Shown here: positions 1 to 9,186 of the stretch, in pieces
Position numbering within the stretch: the first letter of the stretch is position 1
How the letters are laid out: the number at the start of each line of letters is the position of its first letter
From: a virus
Lineage: Duplodnaviria > Caudoviricetes
Length of the DNA stretch: 48,797 bases
Virus record (IMG/VR): IMGVR_UViG_3300048080_000334
Coordinates: 1-48,797 of that record
Strand: one strand, 5' to 3'
Made by a program: the position numbers and the translations under genes
The notes under the pieces: generated by a model
The model's input: the letters and a program-made list of their open reading frames with translations, nothing else
Told to the model about the DNA's origin: nothing
Databases searched by the model: none

Positions 1-1954
1 CCCCGGCGGAGAGTCGCGGCGAGCGCCCGATGGAGCCGGCGGTAGCGCGGATCGACGGAGAGCCGGCGCGACGGGAAGGGCGAAGGCGAGGACAGGGCCA
101 CACCCTCGCCGACCGGGCGGTGCCCCTACCCTCCCCAATCAGGTCGGGCTCGAACCCCGCCCCCGCCAGCTCGGCAAGCTGTTGATCCAGCAAACGCAGC
201 GGTATGTCGGCGTTGTCGTCGTCGTAGTCGGCAAAGTCTTGGTCCTGCACGATGCGGCTCATCCACGCCCTGACCTCGTTCAGCGTCGGTGCCCCGGTCG
301 ATGCCGCCTGCACCGCCATCAGCATCTCGCGCTGCTCGTCGAGGATGTCGATCTCGTTCTGCTTGTAGCGCACCGCCGTCAGGGCATGCGAATCGAGGAC
401 GGCGTTGATGAGCGTCTCGAAAAGGAGCTGGCGCGGGTCGATCTGTGCCCGCTTGTAGCGCTCCTCCTGGGTCTCGCCCGTGCCCGAGCCCAGGCTCGCC
501 GTCTCGATGATCCCGAGGGCATGGGGCAGCATCCCGTAGACGCGAAGCTGAAGGTCGAGGTTGCCCTTCGCATACGCTTGGAACTCGTCGCCGTTGAAGT
601 CAACGGACACCTTCTCCCAAACGAGCGTGCAGATATCGCGCGGGACGTAGTACTGGAGCGTTTTGTAGTCCTCGCCCGTGATCTGATACTTGATATGCTC
701 CGTGATGGCGTCGAGGAAGCGGTTGATGATCGCCATGTTCCCGGCGTCGTTGAGTACCGCCGAGTCGGCCTGGACCTCGATCCGCCAGTCGGGCATGCCG
801 CGCTTGGTGAAGTAGGCGTAGTTCCGTGCCGCGACGAACTGATTACCGCGCACCGCCATGAGGGCGGGGATGATCGGCGGGACACCGTAGTGAAGCTCAC
901 CCGGGTGGTAGTGGCGGAACACATAGAGCTGGCTCTTGAGTTCGCCAACTACCTTCTGCTTCTGCGATAGACCAGCCTCTTCCTTCGTGATGCGCGAATC
1001 GGGGTCGTTCCGTTCGGATCCCCAGTCGCGGAAGAATGCTACCTGCCGGTCAAAGTCGTCGAGCTGCACCCAGCCCTTGCCGTAGGCGCGCTTGCGAACT
1101 AGGCGCCCCGGCACGTGATAGAGCCCGACGATCTTGCCCTCCTCGTCCTCTGGCACCTCGATCGCCCCGTGGCCCACGCTGTCGTAGTCCATCATCGAGA
1201 TCCGCCCGAGCTCGTCGAGCGATATGCGGCGGCCCGTGATGTCGCCCGCGATATTCTCAAGGAGGATCGTCGCCGCGCGCTCATGGGCCACGGCTGTCTC
1301 GTCGCGCTCGCCCTCAGTCCACGGGGAGTCGATGTGCCCGGCCTGGGGGGCGACGGATACGACTGGAGAAACACCCTGGGGGGCGCCAGCCGCTGGCGAG
1401 CCGAGATCCCCTAAACCGGCTTCGTCGGCGACCGGCGGTTCCCCCTGGGGCGCTACCGCCGAGGTAGGAAACGCGGCGGCAACGTCGGTTCCAATGGGTT
1501 GCTCCCGATCGACTAGCTTGTACCCGTTGCCGAAGGTATCGGTCGAGAGCCGGGAGACGATGGCGTAGAAGTCGGGAGCGTCGAGGAGGAGCGAGGTCAG
1601 GGCGTCGAGGTTGAACGGGGGCTCGATGATTTGGAGCGGGCCGAGCTGGTAGCCCGTGGGGTCAAGGTCGGCGGCCTGGCGCCCTCGGCGCGCGTCGTCG
1701 GCCGCCTTCTGCTGCTGGTAGTAGTCGGCCAGGAGCCCGCGGGAGTAGATCCGCGGCATCCCCGAGAGCTGGGTCGTGGGCGGGTCGCCGGGGCGGGCCG
1801 AGATATGGCGCTGCGCCACGACGGCCAGGCCCGCGAGTTTCGAGGAGGGGGCGGCCTCGGCGGGGGGCATCGAGTCAACGCCCCCGCGCACCGAGGAGAC
1901 CGGGGCAGGGAGCCCCGGGCCAACCATCGTGATCCCGTCCTGGGCGTCGCTCAT
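1..1954 (-). CDS. Phage portal protein (PBSX-like), truncated by the window edge
   Basis: Absent from the ORF track because it has no stop in the window. Manual translation from ATG 1954 gives MSDAQDG...IIEPPFNLDALTSLLLDAPDFYAIV...GHGAIEV...GKIVGLYHVP...HYGVPPIIPAL...RNYAYFTKRGMP...RVYGMLPHALGIIE...TLNEVRA, which are portal motifs. Lies downstream of the terminase. Confidence 0.85.
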   Translation of the reverse strand, partial: MSDAQDGITMVGPGLPAPVSSVRGGVDSMPPAEAAPSSKLAGLAVVAQRHISARPGDPPTTQLSGMPRIYSRGLLADYYQQQKAADDARRGRQAADLDPTGYQLGPLQIIEPPFNLDALTSLLLDAPDFYAIVSRLSTDTFGNGYKLVDREQPIGTDVAAAFPTSAVAPQGEPPVADEAGLGDLGSPAAGAPQGVSPVVSVAPQAGHIDSPWTEGERDETAVAHERAATILLENIAGDITGRRISLDELGRISMMDYDSVGHGAIEVPEDEEGKIVGLYHVPGRLVRKRAYGKGWVQLDDFDRQVAFFRDWGSERNDPDSRITKEEAGLSQKQKVVGELKSQLYVFRHYHPGELHYGVPPIIPALMAVRGNQFVAARNYAYFTKRGMPDWRIEVQADSAVLNDAGNMAIINRFLDAITEHIKYQITGEDYKTLQYYVPRDICTLVWEKVSVDFNGDEFQAYAKGNLDLQLRVYGMLPHALGIIETASLGSGTGETQEERYKRAQIDPRQLLFETLINAVLDSHALTAVRYKQNEIDILDEQREMLMAVQAASTGAPTLNEVRAWMSRIVQDQDFADYDDDNADIPLRLLDQQLAELAGAGFEPDLIGEGRGTARSARVWPCPRLRPSRRAGSPSIRATAGSIGRSPRLSAG

Positions 1955-1966
1955 CGCGCGGGCATC

Positions 1967-2656
1967 CTACACCGCGCGCGGGTCGTCGGGCGATACCATA
2001 TCGCCGCCGCGCGTCCTGGCGAGCGCCTTGTCGCCCGAGGCCGAGCGCATCGACGAGGACGACTCCCGGGCGCCGCTCTGGAGCGGGGCCAAGCCCTGGG
2101 GTACTGCCGCTGAGGTAGCCGCAGCCGCCATCTGGCGCCGAGGAGTAGTTGCCAGGGGCGGGCCCTGGGTCGTGAGGAGCCGGGGCTCCATGTCGTCCTC
2201 CTCGCCCGAGGGGACTGGCGGCTGGAGCGCCGCGGGGACTGGGGCCGGACTCGTGATCGCGGCCGCAGCCGTTCGTAGCCCGTTCGCCAGCTGCTTGAGG
2301 AGCTTTACCGTGGGCTCGGTCGGGCCCACATGATCGGCCGTGAGCCAGATCATGGCGCCGGCCCCCATCACGACATCGGGAATGATGACCGGCTGGGCGA
2401 GGCCGAGCGTCGCATACGCGGCCGAGGCGCGCGGTGCCGCCGCCGGGCCCCACTGGTCGAGCTGGTCGGCGATGGCCTCGTAGGCCTGCTCGCGGACGCC
2501 GGGCTGGGCCAGCGCGCGGGCGAGCCAGATCACGGCACCCGAGGGTGGCGTGCCCGCGATGTTCACCACCAGTGGCTCGGCGAGGCCCATTGCGTCCATC
2601 ACCTGCAACCAGAACTTGTGCTCCGCGAGTAACGTGCCGTCGTCCTTCTCAGCCAT
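1967..2656 (-). CDS. Hypothetical protein upstream of the portal
   Basis: Start MAEKDDG preceded by a GAGGAGG RBS; the track ORF is over-extended to 2758. Confidence 0.7.
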   Translation of the reverse strand: MAEKDDGTLLAEHKFWLQVMDAMGLAEPLVVNIAGTPPSGAVIWLARALAQPGVREQAYEAIADQLDQWGPAAAPRASAAYATLGLAQPVIIPDVVMGAGAMIWLTADHVGPTEPTVKLLKQLANGLRTAAAAITSPAPVPAALQPPVPSGEEDDMEPRLLTTQGPPLATTPRRQMAAAATSAAVPQGLAPLQSGARESSSSMRSASGDKALARTRGGDMVSPDDPRAV

Positions 2657-2861
2657 TGTTTTCCTCCTCGTTCGGCCATTCGCCGTTGATAGTCCAGTAC
2701 TCGAAAGCGTCGGCCGAGGCATTGCCGGCAGCCTTGATCGCATCGTCCTCGCTACCACCGGCGGCGATCACGGCGAGCGCTGCCTTCAATGACGCGCTCA
2801 TGCAATGCGGCAGCGCGTGCTCGAAGATTGCGACTGCGGCCTTTCTTTCTCGATCATCCAT
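2649..2861 (-). CDS. Small hypothetical protein
   Basis: 70 aa, overlaps both neighbours in a tight operon. Confidence 0.65.
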   Translation of the reverse strand: MDDRERKAAVAIFEHALPHCMSASLKAALAVIAAGGSEDDAIKAAGNASADAFEYWTINGEWPNEEENNG

Positions 2862-3066
2862 TGCGCACCGCCTCCGCCAGCACGATCTCCGTCTCCAGCC
2901 ACGCGCGCATCCGCCCCTGCCGGTAGACCGGATCGATCTTCATCGCATCGGCAAGGCAGGCCTCGCAGACGACGTGCCCGAAGAGCTTGCCCACGCTCGC
3001 CGGTTCGAGCGCCTTGGCACAGCGCGCGCAGCATTTGCGCACCATCGCTGCCCGCTCCTCACTCAC
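2854..3066 (-). CDS. Small Cys-rich (zinc-finger-like) protein
   Basis: CCARC...CEAC; GTG start overlaps the PolX stop (GTGA). Confidence 0.65.
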   Translation of the reverse strand: MSEERAAMVRKCCARCAKALEPASVGKLFGHVVCEACLADAMKIDPVYRQGRMRAWLETEIVLAEAVRNG

Positions 3067-3707
3067 ACTCGCGCCTCCGGCTCGATCCAATCGAGGCCGA
3101 TCGCCTCAAAGAAGTCGCGCTCCTCCACCTGATCACGGAGTAGCATCCATGCTCTATGCTCCATCGCAGAAACATTCGGATCGATCATCAAGTCGCCGTC
3201 CTTAACGGACATATGATCCGGCAGGAGTCCCCCCTTCGACCGCTGCGTCACCAGCCTCTGCGAGAACTCGGCCGGCCCCGTTCGGATTGCCATGATGACG
3301 CCCCAAGCCGCCGGACGGAATACGGAGAAGAGATCGAGTGCAACCTCGCCAGGGTCTTGGTCGATGATCCACATCAGGCGCTTGTACCGCGACCCCAATG
3401 CCTGGCGTCGGTTCTTGTCCAACCGCACGTCGAGAAGTCGCCCGCCATTATGCGTCGATGAATCGCAAAGGCCATCGGTCGCTAGCTCATCCACCATGTT
3501 TCTCGTATCCGTCGCCTGCCCAAAGAGATCGAGCACCGTCTCCTCGATCTTGGGCACACACACGATCTCGATGTCCGAGACCTCGGGCTTCCGCCTGCGA
3601 ATGGAGCCCGCAATCTCGGCGCGCTCCACCACGGGGGCGAGCCAGGCGAGGATGTCCTTGGCGATCCGCTCGGCCTCGGCGAGGGGGATCTTCGGGTGGT
3701 CGCTCAT
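3063..3707 (-). CDS. polX: Minimal family-X DNA polymerase (Pol beta palm and thumb only)
   Basis: IAGSIRRRKPEVSDIEIV (GS-RR...DxD/E), ALDLF third carboxylate and WGVIMAIRTGPAEF helix M/N motif; 214 aa. Confidence 0.85.
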   Translation of the reverse strand: MSDHPKIPLAEAERIAKDILAWLAPVVERAEIAGSIRRRKPEVSDIEIVCVPKIEETVLDLFGQATDTRNMVDELATDGLCDSSTHNGGRLLDVRLDKNRRQALGSRYKRLMWIIDQDPGEVALDLFSVFRPAAWGVIMAIRTGPAEFSQRLVTQRSKGGLLPDHMSVKDGDLMIDPNVSAMEHRAWMLLRDQVEERDFFEAIGLDWIEPEARV

Positions 3708-3741
3708 CGCATTCGCTCGGAAACCTTCGGCGGCGACAGGA

Positions 3742-4011
3742 TCATGGCACCACCTTCTCCGAGACGATCGTCCCTTCGACCTCGATGTCCAGCTCCAGCC
3801 AATCGGTCACGATCTTTGCCGAGATGAAGTCGTCAGATGGAATGTCGATCGTCACATGCTGAACGTTCTCAAGAACCGCGATCGTGTCGCGGGTGGCGGC
3901 ATCGATTACCGTGACCTCGCACTCGCTGCCGACATAGACGCCTGCCGGGCTGTTAGGACGCCCAATATCGACCACCGGCGGCGTTTTGATCCGAAGGATG
4001 GCCTTCTTCAT
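3742..4011 (-). CDS. Hypothetical protein
   Basis: MKKAILRIKTPP..., ATGA-coupled to its neighbours. Confidence 0.65.
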   Translation of the reverse strand: MKKAILRIKTPPVVDIGRPNSPAGVYVGSECEVTVIDAATRDTIAVLENVQHVTIDIPSDDFISAKIVTDWLELDIEVEGTIVSEKVVP

Positions 4012-4217
4012 GGCACCCCCTTGCCCCCATGGAGCACCACCTTCCCATAGGCATCTTGACGCCAGTTGCCTTGCCCGCCTTTCCATTCGGTATCGGGGCT
4101 TCCTTTCAGTACGGAACTGCTTGTCGCCCCTTGGGTCGATTCGTCGCGTATCAATTCTACGCGCAGTCCAAATCCCGCGACGCGCCGCATGTTGTTACCG
4201 TTAGAGTCCAGAATCAT
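4008..4217 (-). CDS. Hypothetical protein
   Basis: MILDSNGNN..., ATGA-coupled at both ends. Confidence 0.6.
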   Translation of the reverse strand: MILDSNGNNMRRVAGFGLRVELIRDESTQGATSSSVLKGSPDTEWKGGQGNWRQDAYGKVVLHGGKGVP

Positions 4218-5158
4218 GGCACCACCTTTCCCGCCTTGCGGCACCGCGCGGCGCGCTCGTAGAAGGGCTTGACTTGTTCGCGATTATCGCCGGTGACGCT
4301 AATGATTCCTCCGTACTTGATCCAGGTGTCGAGCAAGCGCGTCTCGTCGATCCCCGGATCGATGCTCAGGACGTTGCGCGGATCGCTGCGCCACCGATTG
4401 ACGACGCTTTCCCAAGGACCCCAATACCACGACCATTGCGAGTTCTCGAAGAACGTCGGCGTGGGGGCACCCGTGCCGCCGTTGAACAGCACGATGCCGT
4501 TACGCGTCTGGACCTGCATCCTGGCAAGCTTCACATACGAGCCGACGTTGGTTTCCCAAGTCGCCATCTCGGCCGGAGTCAGGCAGCCGCCGAGTGTCAC
4601 CCCCGAGGCCGGATCGAACATCCATTCCGCGGGCACGAGCCACAGCTGATCCAGGAACAGGTTGCGCGTGAGAGAGCCCGAGAGCTCCATCTGCTTGCGG
4701 ATCAGCGTATCGGCGCGAGCGGAACTGATGACGGTCCAGTCGAACAGCCGCGGCTTGCCGAAAGCAATGAACCGGGCCTCACGTCCGAGGGTGTCGGTGA
4801 GAACGGCATGCCAGCGCCGCACGGCCACCGAGTCGATCCAGTCAAACCAGGGATTGCCTCCACCGATCCATTCTTCGAGCGGCAGCGTGAGGCAATTGAA
4901 GTAGCGGTAGCTGTGCTTCCCATCCTTGAGGAGCCGGTTATAGGCGTCCTCGTAGGCCCCCGTATGGCCGTAGACGAAGAGGTCGTATGGTTCGAGGACT
5001 TCGAGCGGGCCGGCCTCACCCACGGCTTCGAGGTCGCGCACCTCGAAGTGCTGCATGAGGAGGCGTTCGCGTGGTGGACGCGATAGGCTCCACCATGCTC
5101 CGCCCGCAAGCGAGGCCCCGACCGATGCCCATATCACGATCTTCTGGAGTGTGGTCAT
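4214..5158 (-). CDS. Membrane-anchored putative glycoside-hydrolase-like (TIM-barrel) protein
   Basis: N-terminal hydrophobic anchor IVIWASVGASLAGGAWW; LFLDQ, LFNG and FFEN motifs resemble GH114/GHL-type barrels; paralogue of the C-terminal domain of 42733-44178. Confidence 0.55.
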   Translation of the reverse strand: MTTLQKIVIWASVGASLAGGAWWSLSRPPRERLLMQHFEVRDLEAVGEAGPLEVLEPYDLFVYGHTGAYEDAYNRLLKDGKHSYRYFNCLTLPLEEWIGGGNPWFDWIDSVAVRRWHAVLTDTLGREARFIAFGKPRLFDWTVISSARADTLIRKQMELSGSLTRNLFLDQLWLVPAEWMFDPASGVTLGGCLTPAEMATWETNVGSYVKLARMQVQTRNGIVLFNGGTGAPTPTFFENSQWSWYWGPWESVVNRWRSDPRNVLSIDPGIDETRLLDTWIKYGGIISVTGDNREQVKPFYERAARCRKAGKVVP

Positions 5159-5165
5159 TGTTCTC

Positions 5166-5363
5166 CTACAGAAAGTGAGAGTTGCACGGAGAACCCTTGC
5201 CGCCCTCGCAGATGGGACAGCTTAGATCCTCGTCGTCACCGCCGGCCGCAGGAATCGCGGGACGAGCCCGTCGCCGGTATGGGTAAGCAGCAGCGTCTCC
5301 TCGCGGCACATCCCAAATGGCATTGGCATCTTTCAAGAAGCGAGCGTAGTCTTCCGTTGTCAT
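5166..5363 (-). CDS. Small hypothetical protein (CPIC...C..H)
   Basis: ATGA overlap with the terL stop. Confidence 0.55.
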   Translation of the reverse strand: MTTEDYARFLKDANAIWDVPRGDAAAYPYRRRARPAIPAAGGDDEDLSCPICEGGKGSPCNSHFL

Positions 5364-6889
5364 TGCGCCCTCACGGCCAGAGCCAGCGTACCGCCGCGGG
5401 TACGGATACGCGAGTCGGCCAACCAGAGGGCGATCAGCCTATCGCCCGTGTGGGTGAGCGGCGTATAGCGGCGCATCTCGGCGATCAGCTCCTGCACTTC
5501 GGCGCGCCCCCGCGGCAGCCGCCACTGATGGGCCTCGAACTCGGGTGCCAGCGCCCGAATCCCCCACAGAGCGTGCTGCTTGTTCTCGCCCGTGTACTGT
5601 GCCGCCACCCGTACCGTCGATACCTCGTCCCGCGTGGCACCCATGGATTGTAGCACCCCGGCCGAGCGAAGCAATTCCGTCATGTGGAGCTGGGCCGCGT
5701 TCGACTCGACCACCCATTCCTTCGGCCGGAGAAGCCGATGGACCTCCACCACCTGGCGCAGAAGCTCAGCCCCCACCCAATGGCCCGAGCGGAGGTGAAG
5801 CAGGTGCTTCGTCTTGGCCCCCGCCTTGATGCCAACCACCGCGATAGCCGTGAGGCTGGAGGTCGATTCCCGGCTCGCCCCAAGGTCAACCCCCGCGGCC
5901 GTCCACAGGAATGGATCCTGAGCCTGCTCCCGGTATCCACCGACCCACCAGTCGTCGGGGTCGTCGTGGGCCGTCTGGCACCAGCTGACGCCGTCCATGG
6001 GAAAGTAGTGAGTCGCCTCGCCCAGGGGGATGTTGAGCATCTGGCGCGCGTACTCGACCTCTCCCAGGATCGCGCGGCGCTCGTCGAGCCGGTGCTGGGG
6101 CCACCGCTCGGGCCAGCTACACGAGGGCGTGCCGGCCTGATAGGTCGCCACATGGAACTGCCCGGGGCGCTCCTTCGCGAGCCAGTGGGGCAGGTCGTCC
6201 TCGTACCAGGCCGTGCCGGGGATCCAGATGCGCCCGCCCTCGACCATGCGCCCGACGAGGATTTCGAGGAACCAGTCGATGACGGCGCGCCGAGCGGCAG
6301 GAGATTCGCTCTCGGGATTGATGACGTCGTCAAGGATGGCAAGGTCGAGCCGCGTTCCGAGGAGCGACCCCTGGACGCCGAGCGCCTGGACCGACGGGTC
6401 CTTCTGTGTGAGCCGAGCATGGGGCGAGCGCCCGATGGTGATCGCCTTCTGGTGCCACATGCCGGACGGGTCGGGGCGGACGTTGGGGTAGAGGTCGCGA
6501 TAGAGCTCGTTGTAGAGGATATTGTTTTTGACCTGGTTGAGCCACTTCTGCGACTGCGTGGCTGTCTCGGAGATGAGGGCGACCCGGAGATCGTTGTTCT
6601 GACCCAGCTCATGGAGCGCCCCCAGAACCGTCAGGCTCGTCGATTTTCCGTGCTCCACCGGGGCGAATAGGATCAGGTTCTGGTGCTGGCTCGTCAGGTC
6701 GTGCCACTCCTCGTGAAACGTTTGCGCCGTCAGGCCCAGGCAATACTCCCCCAGGAGCGCTCCATTCAGCCTCGACGCTACCTTCCACCACTCCTCGTAT
6801 TCCCCGCAGTCCTTCGACAAGCGCCCGGCGCGCCTCCGCGTTGCCGCGGAAGAAAGATTCCAATTGGGAAAGAGTCCCTGACTCGCCAT
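5360..6889 (-). CDS. terL: Terminase large subunit
   Basis: Walker A APVEHGKST, Walker B LAILDD, GTAW coupling motif, RNase-H AGVDLG, VVESN and GDRLIALWLA. Start is uncertain. Confidence 0.92.
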   Translation of the reverse strand: MASQGLFPNWNLSSAATRRRAGRLSKDCGEYEEWWKVASRLNGALLGEYCLGLTAQTFHEEWHDLTSQHQNLILFAPVEHGKSTSLTVLGALHELGQNNDLRVALISETATQSQKWLNQVKNNILYNELYRDLYPNVRPDPSGMWHQKAITIGRSPHARLTQKDPSVQALGVQGSLLGTRLDLAILDDVINPESESPAARRAVIDWFLEILVGRMVEGGRIWIPGTAWYEDDLPHWLAKERPGQFHVATYQAGTPSCSWPERWPQHRLDERRAILGEVEYARQMLNIPLGEATHYFPMDGVSWCQTAHDDPDDWWVGGYREQAQDPFLWTAAGVDLGASRESTSSLTAIAVVGIKAGAKTKHLLHLRSGHWVGAELLRQVVEVHRLLRPKEWVVESNAAQLHMTELLRSAGVLQSMGATRDEVSTVRVAAQYTGENKQHALWGIRALAPEFEAHQWRLPRGRAEVQELIAEMRRYTPLTHTGDRLIALWLADSRIRTRGGTLALAVRAQ

Positions 6890-7295
6890 TCACCTGTCCC
6901 TGGAACACGGTGCCGCCCGCCCCGGTGCCGATGTTGACGGAGGGCGGAAGCGGCACCATCACGTGATCGTACTCCCGAAGTACCTCCAGGGCGCGATCGA
7001 AGTACTGGAGCCGCAGTGGGCTGTCGCTCGGCTGGCTCGCAAACATAGCCCAGGCCTGCGTCCACAGCCGCTCGTACTTCTGAGCCTGCGAGGCCTTGAA
7101 AGAAGAGATGCTGAACCGCTCGGCCTGGTGCGCGTACCACCACTCGACGTCGTTGTAGATCGTGTTGACGGAGACTTCGAGCTCGGTGGCGATCTGGGAG
7201 GCCGGGACACCGGCGGCGCGGCGGGAGACGACCTGCTCGCGGCGGGCCCAGCGTTCCTTGTCAGTTAACTTGAGTGTTTCTGCGGCTTTAGACAT
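6609..7295 (-). CDS. terS: Terminase small subunit (N-terminal HTH)
   Basis: RRAAGVPASQIATELEVSVNTIYND HTH plus helical body; directly upstream of and overlapping terL. Confidence 0.75.
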   Translation of the reverse strand: MSKAAETLKLTDKERWARREQVVSRRAAGVPASQIATELEVSVNTIYNDVEWWYAHQAERFSISSFKASQAQKYERLWTQAWAMFASQPSDSPLRLQYFDRALEVLREYDHVMVPLPPSVNIGTGAGGTVFQGQVNGESGTLSQLESFFRGNAEARRALVEGLRGIRGVVEGSVEAEWSAPGGVLPGPDGANVSRGVARPDEPAPEPDPIRPGGARKIDEPDGSGGAP

Positions 7296-7779
7296 TACGG
7301 CTGCAGATTGTAGCCGAACTTGGTTTGGTGGTTGCCGGTGACACCTTGGAGGTTACCGGTGGCCGTGACCTGCCAGGCGTGTTGGACGGCGGGGCAGCCT
7401 GGCGATTCGCCGATGGTATGTCGGACACCTGGTCGAGCGGTTTCAAGGTCGCGCGTCTTTCAGCGCGAAGAGGTTTCTCTTGCTGCTTTTCAAGCCAGCC
7501 CGACACGTCGTTATCTCGGTCGGCCAACATGACCCATGGACCATGAAAGGAGAGGCAGAACCGTTGCACCAACTCGGCCTTGCTCATCGTCTTGATCTTG
7601 CCGTCTTCGGGGAAGCTGCACGGCGGGCTCGCCTCCATTGTGGTCACCATGTCTCCCTCCACGGCGACGACGTAGCACCAGAACGAGTACATCTCGTGGA
7701 AGCGGTCGCCGACACGCGGGTCCAGGAGCGCGACTTCCGTATTCGCCTTGGCCTGCTCGTAGTTGAATGCTGCGCTCAC
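7288..7779 (-). CDS. Hypothetical protein
   Basis: GTG start coupled (GTGA) to the upstream gene; stop overlaps the terS start. Confidence 0.65.
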   Translation of the reverse strand: MSAAFNYEQAKANTEVALLDPRVGDRFHEMYSFWCYVVAVEGDMVTTMEASPPCSFPEDGKIKTMSKAELVQRFCLSFHGPWVMLADRDNDVSGWLEKQQEKPLRAERRATLKPLDQVSDIPSANRQAAPPSNTPGRSRPPVTSKVSPATTKPSSATICSRNV

Positions 7780-8018
7780 TTCTCTCCATTCGCCATCGTC
7801 AGCAGTGCCGCGACGATCTGTTCCTGAGCATTCCACCACCCAGCGTCATCGTACTCATCATGCGGTATCTTCACGCTCTGAGCCACGTTGATGCACTTCT
7901 CGACAGCCCGCAAGAACTCGGCGCGCATCATCTCGGCCACTGCCGAAGCCAGGATGCCGCAGTCAATGCACATCTCGGCCGGCTGACCGCAGTGGACACA
8001 GACCCCTTTCTCTGTCAT
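7776..8018 (-). CDS. Small CxxC-CxxC protein
   Basis: CVHC...CIDC; coupled junctions. Confidence 0.65.
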   Translation of the reverse strand: MTEKGVCVHCGQPAEMCIDCGILASAVAEMMRAEFLRAVEKCINVAQSVKIPHDEYDDAGWWNAQEQIVAALLTMANGEK

Positions 8019-8266
8019 GGCTTCTCTCTGGCCAAAGCCCGGATGCGGGCGGCTGCTCCCCTTATCCCATCGATACGACCCGTATGAAATGCAATCTTGG
8101 TGTCACTCATTGAGAACTTAAGGGCAGGCAAATATTCCTCTTCCATCTTCTCCAGCTCTTTAGTGCACTCCTCGAAGATGCGGGCGCGCTCATCGAAAAC
8201 CTCGGTTGTGAACATCGCCGTGCAGCTCGGACAGGTCACTTCGACCTCTCGCATGGGCTCGCTCAT
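8015..8266 (-). CDS. Small hypothetical protein (CPSC)
   Basis: ATGA coupling on both sides. Confidence 0.65.
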   Translation of the reverse strand: MSEPMREVEVTCPSCTAMFTTEVFDERARIFEECTKELEKMEEEYLPALKFSMSDTKIAFHTGRIDGIRGAAARIRALAREKP

Positions 8267-8499
8267 TCCTTCACCGCCTCATATATCAGGTTGAACTCGT
8301 CATTGGCGATCGGGTAGGGATTGCCTCGTGCATCAAACGCAAGCCATCCGTCCTGACAGGTCAGGATTCCTTCGGTGGTCTCAACCTGGAATGGTCCATC
8401 GACTCGGGTCGCTCGGGTCAAAACCTTCTTACGATAGGTTGTGAACGTCAGAGAGGGCAGGAACGCAGGTGTTACACCAAGTTCAAAGCAACGCATCAT
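8263..8499 (-). CDS. PGDYG-like small phage protein
   Basis: YRKK...FQVETTEG...DGWL...GNPYPI...F...YE pattern. Confidence 0.6.
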   Translation of the reverse strand: MMRCFELGVTPAFLPSLTFTTYRKKVLTRATRVDGPFQVETTEGILTCQDGWLAFDARGNPYPIANDEFNLIYEAVKE

Positions 8500-8795
8500 T
8501 CCTTCTCCACCTTCGCCGCGATGGCGAGGAGTTGTTCGTCTGTTTCGAACCACACCCAGCCCTCTGGCCAATTCTCGCGCTTAAAGTGATCCATCACCGC
8601 CCTGAGTGCGGGCAGGAGCGAGGCGCGGGAGTTCCAGAGAGCACGCGCGTTGCTGTCATCTCCATCCTTCCAAGTGTCAGGGACGGGGCCGACTGCTTTG
8701 CATTCGTTGCAGCAGAACCCGGAAGCCAATGGAAGGATGTTAGTGTCCTGGCAGAATGGGCATGGCAGACACGGCAAGAGAGTCTGATCGCTCAC
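8496..8795 (-). CDS. Lar-like restriction alleviation protein (zinc ribbon)
   Basis: LPCPFC...CNEC.A.GP...ARALWNSR signature of the Lar family. Confidence 0.7.
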   Translation of the reverse strand: MSDQTLLPCLPCPFCQDTNILPLASGFCCNECKAVGPVPDTWKDGDDSNARALWNSRASLLPALRAVMDHFKRENWPEGWVWFETDEQLLAIAAKVEKE

Positions 8796-9019
8796 GGCTT
8801 CTCCTGGTGCTTGCGGGAGTCGAGAGCGTTGGTGAGAAGTCTTACAAGTTCATTGCCCTCATCCGTAGTGAGAAGGCATTCGGGCAAGCTCCCCCAATTG
8901 ACAACCACCGAAAGTGGTATCCCAAGACTGCCGCACTTGTCGCAGACACCGACATTCGCGGATACGGTGACGGTTTGACCTCTCCGATTTTCAATGGACC
9001 CAACAAACTTCGTCTTCAC
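8792..9019 (-). CDS. Small hypothetical protein
   Basis: Coupled GTGA junctions. Confidence 0.6.
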   Translation of the reverse strand: MKTKFVGSIENRRGQTVTVSANVGVCDKCGSLGIPLSVVVNWGSLPECLLTTDEGNELVRLLTNALDSRKHQEKP

Positions 9020-9186
9020 TTCTTCTCCTCCCCTTCCCGGATCGGCTTGGCACGAACAGCAACCTCAGCTAGTGCATTTATGGCAATGGCACGTTCTGGA
9101 GAGGTCAGCTTGTAGTTCGTCAAGAGTTCAGCTAACAGCTCTACTGCTCTCGTGCTCGCCGCGCATCGCTCATCGAGGGGGATCAT
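9016..9186 (-). CDS. Small hypothetical protein (starts MIPLDER)
   Basis: GGAG RBS; shares its N-terminal DNA with two neighbours. Confidence 0.55.
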   Translation of the reverse strand: MIPLDERCAASTRAVELLAELLTNYKLTSPERAIAINALAEVAVRAKPIREGEEKK

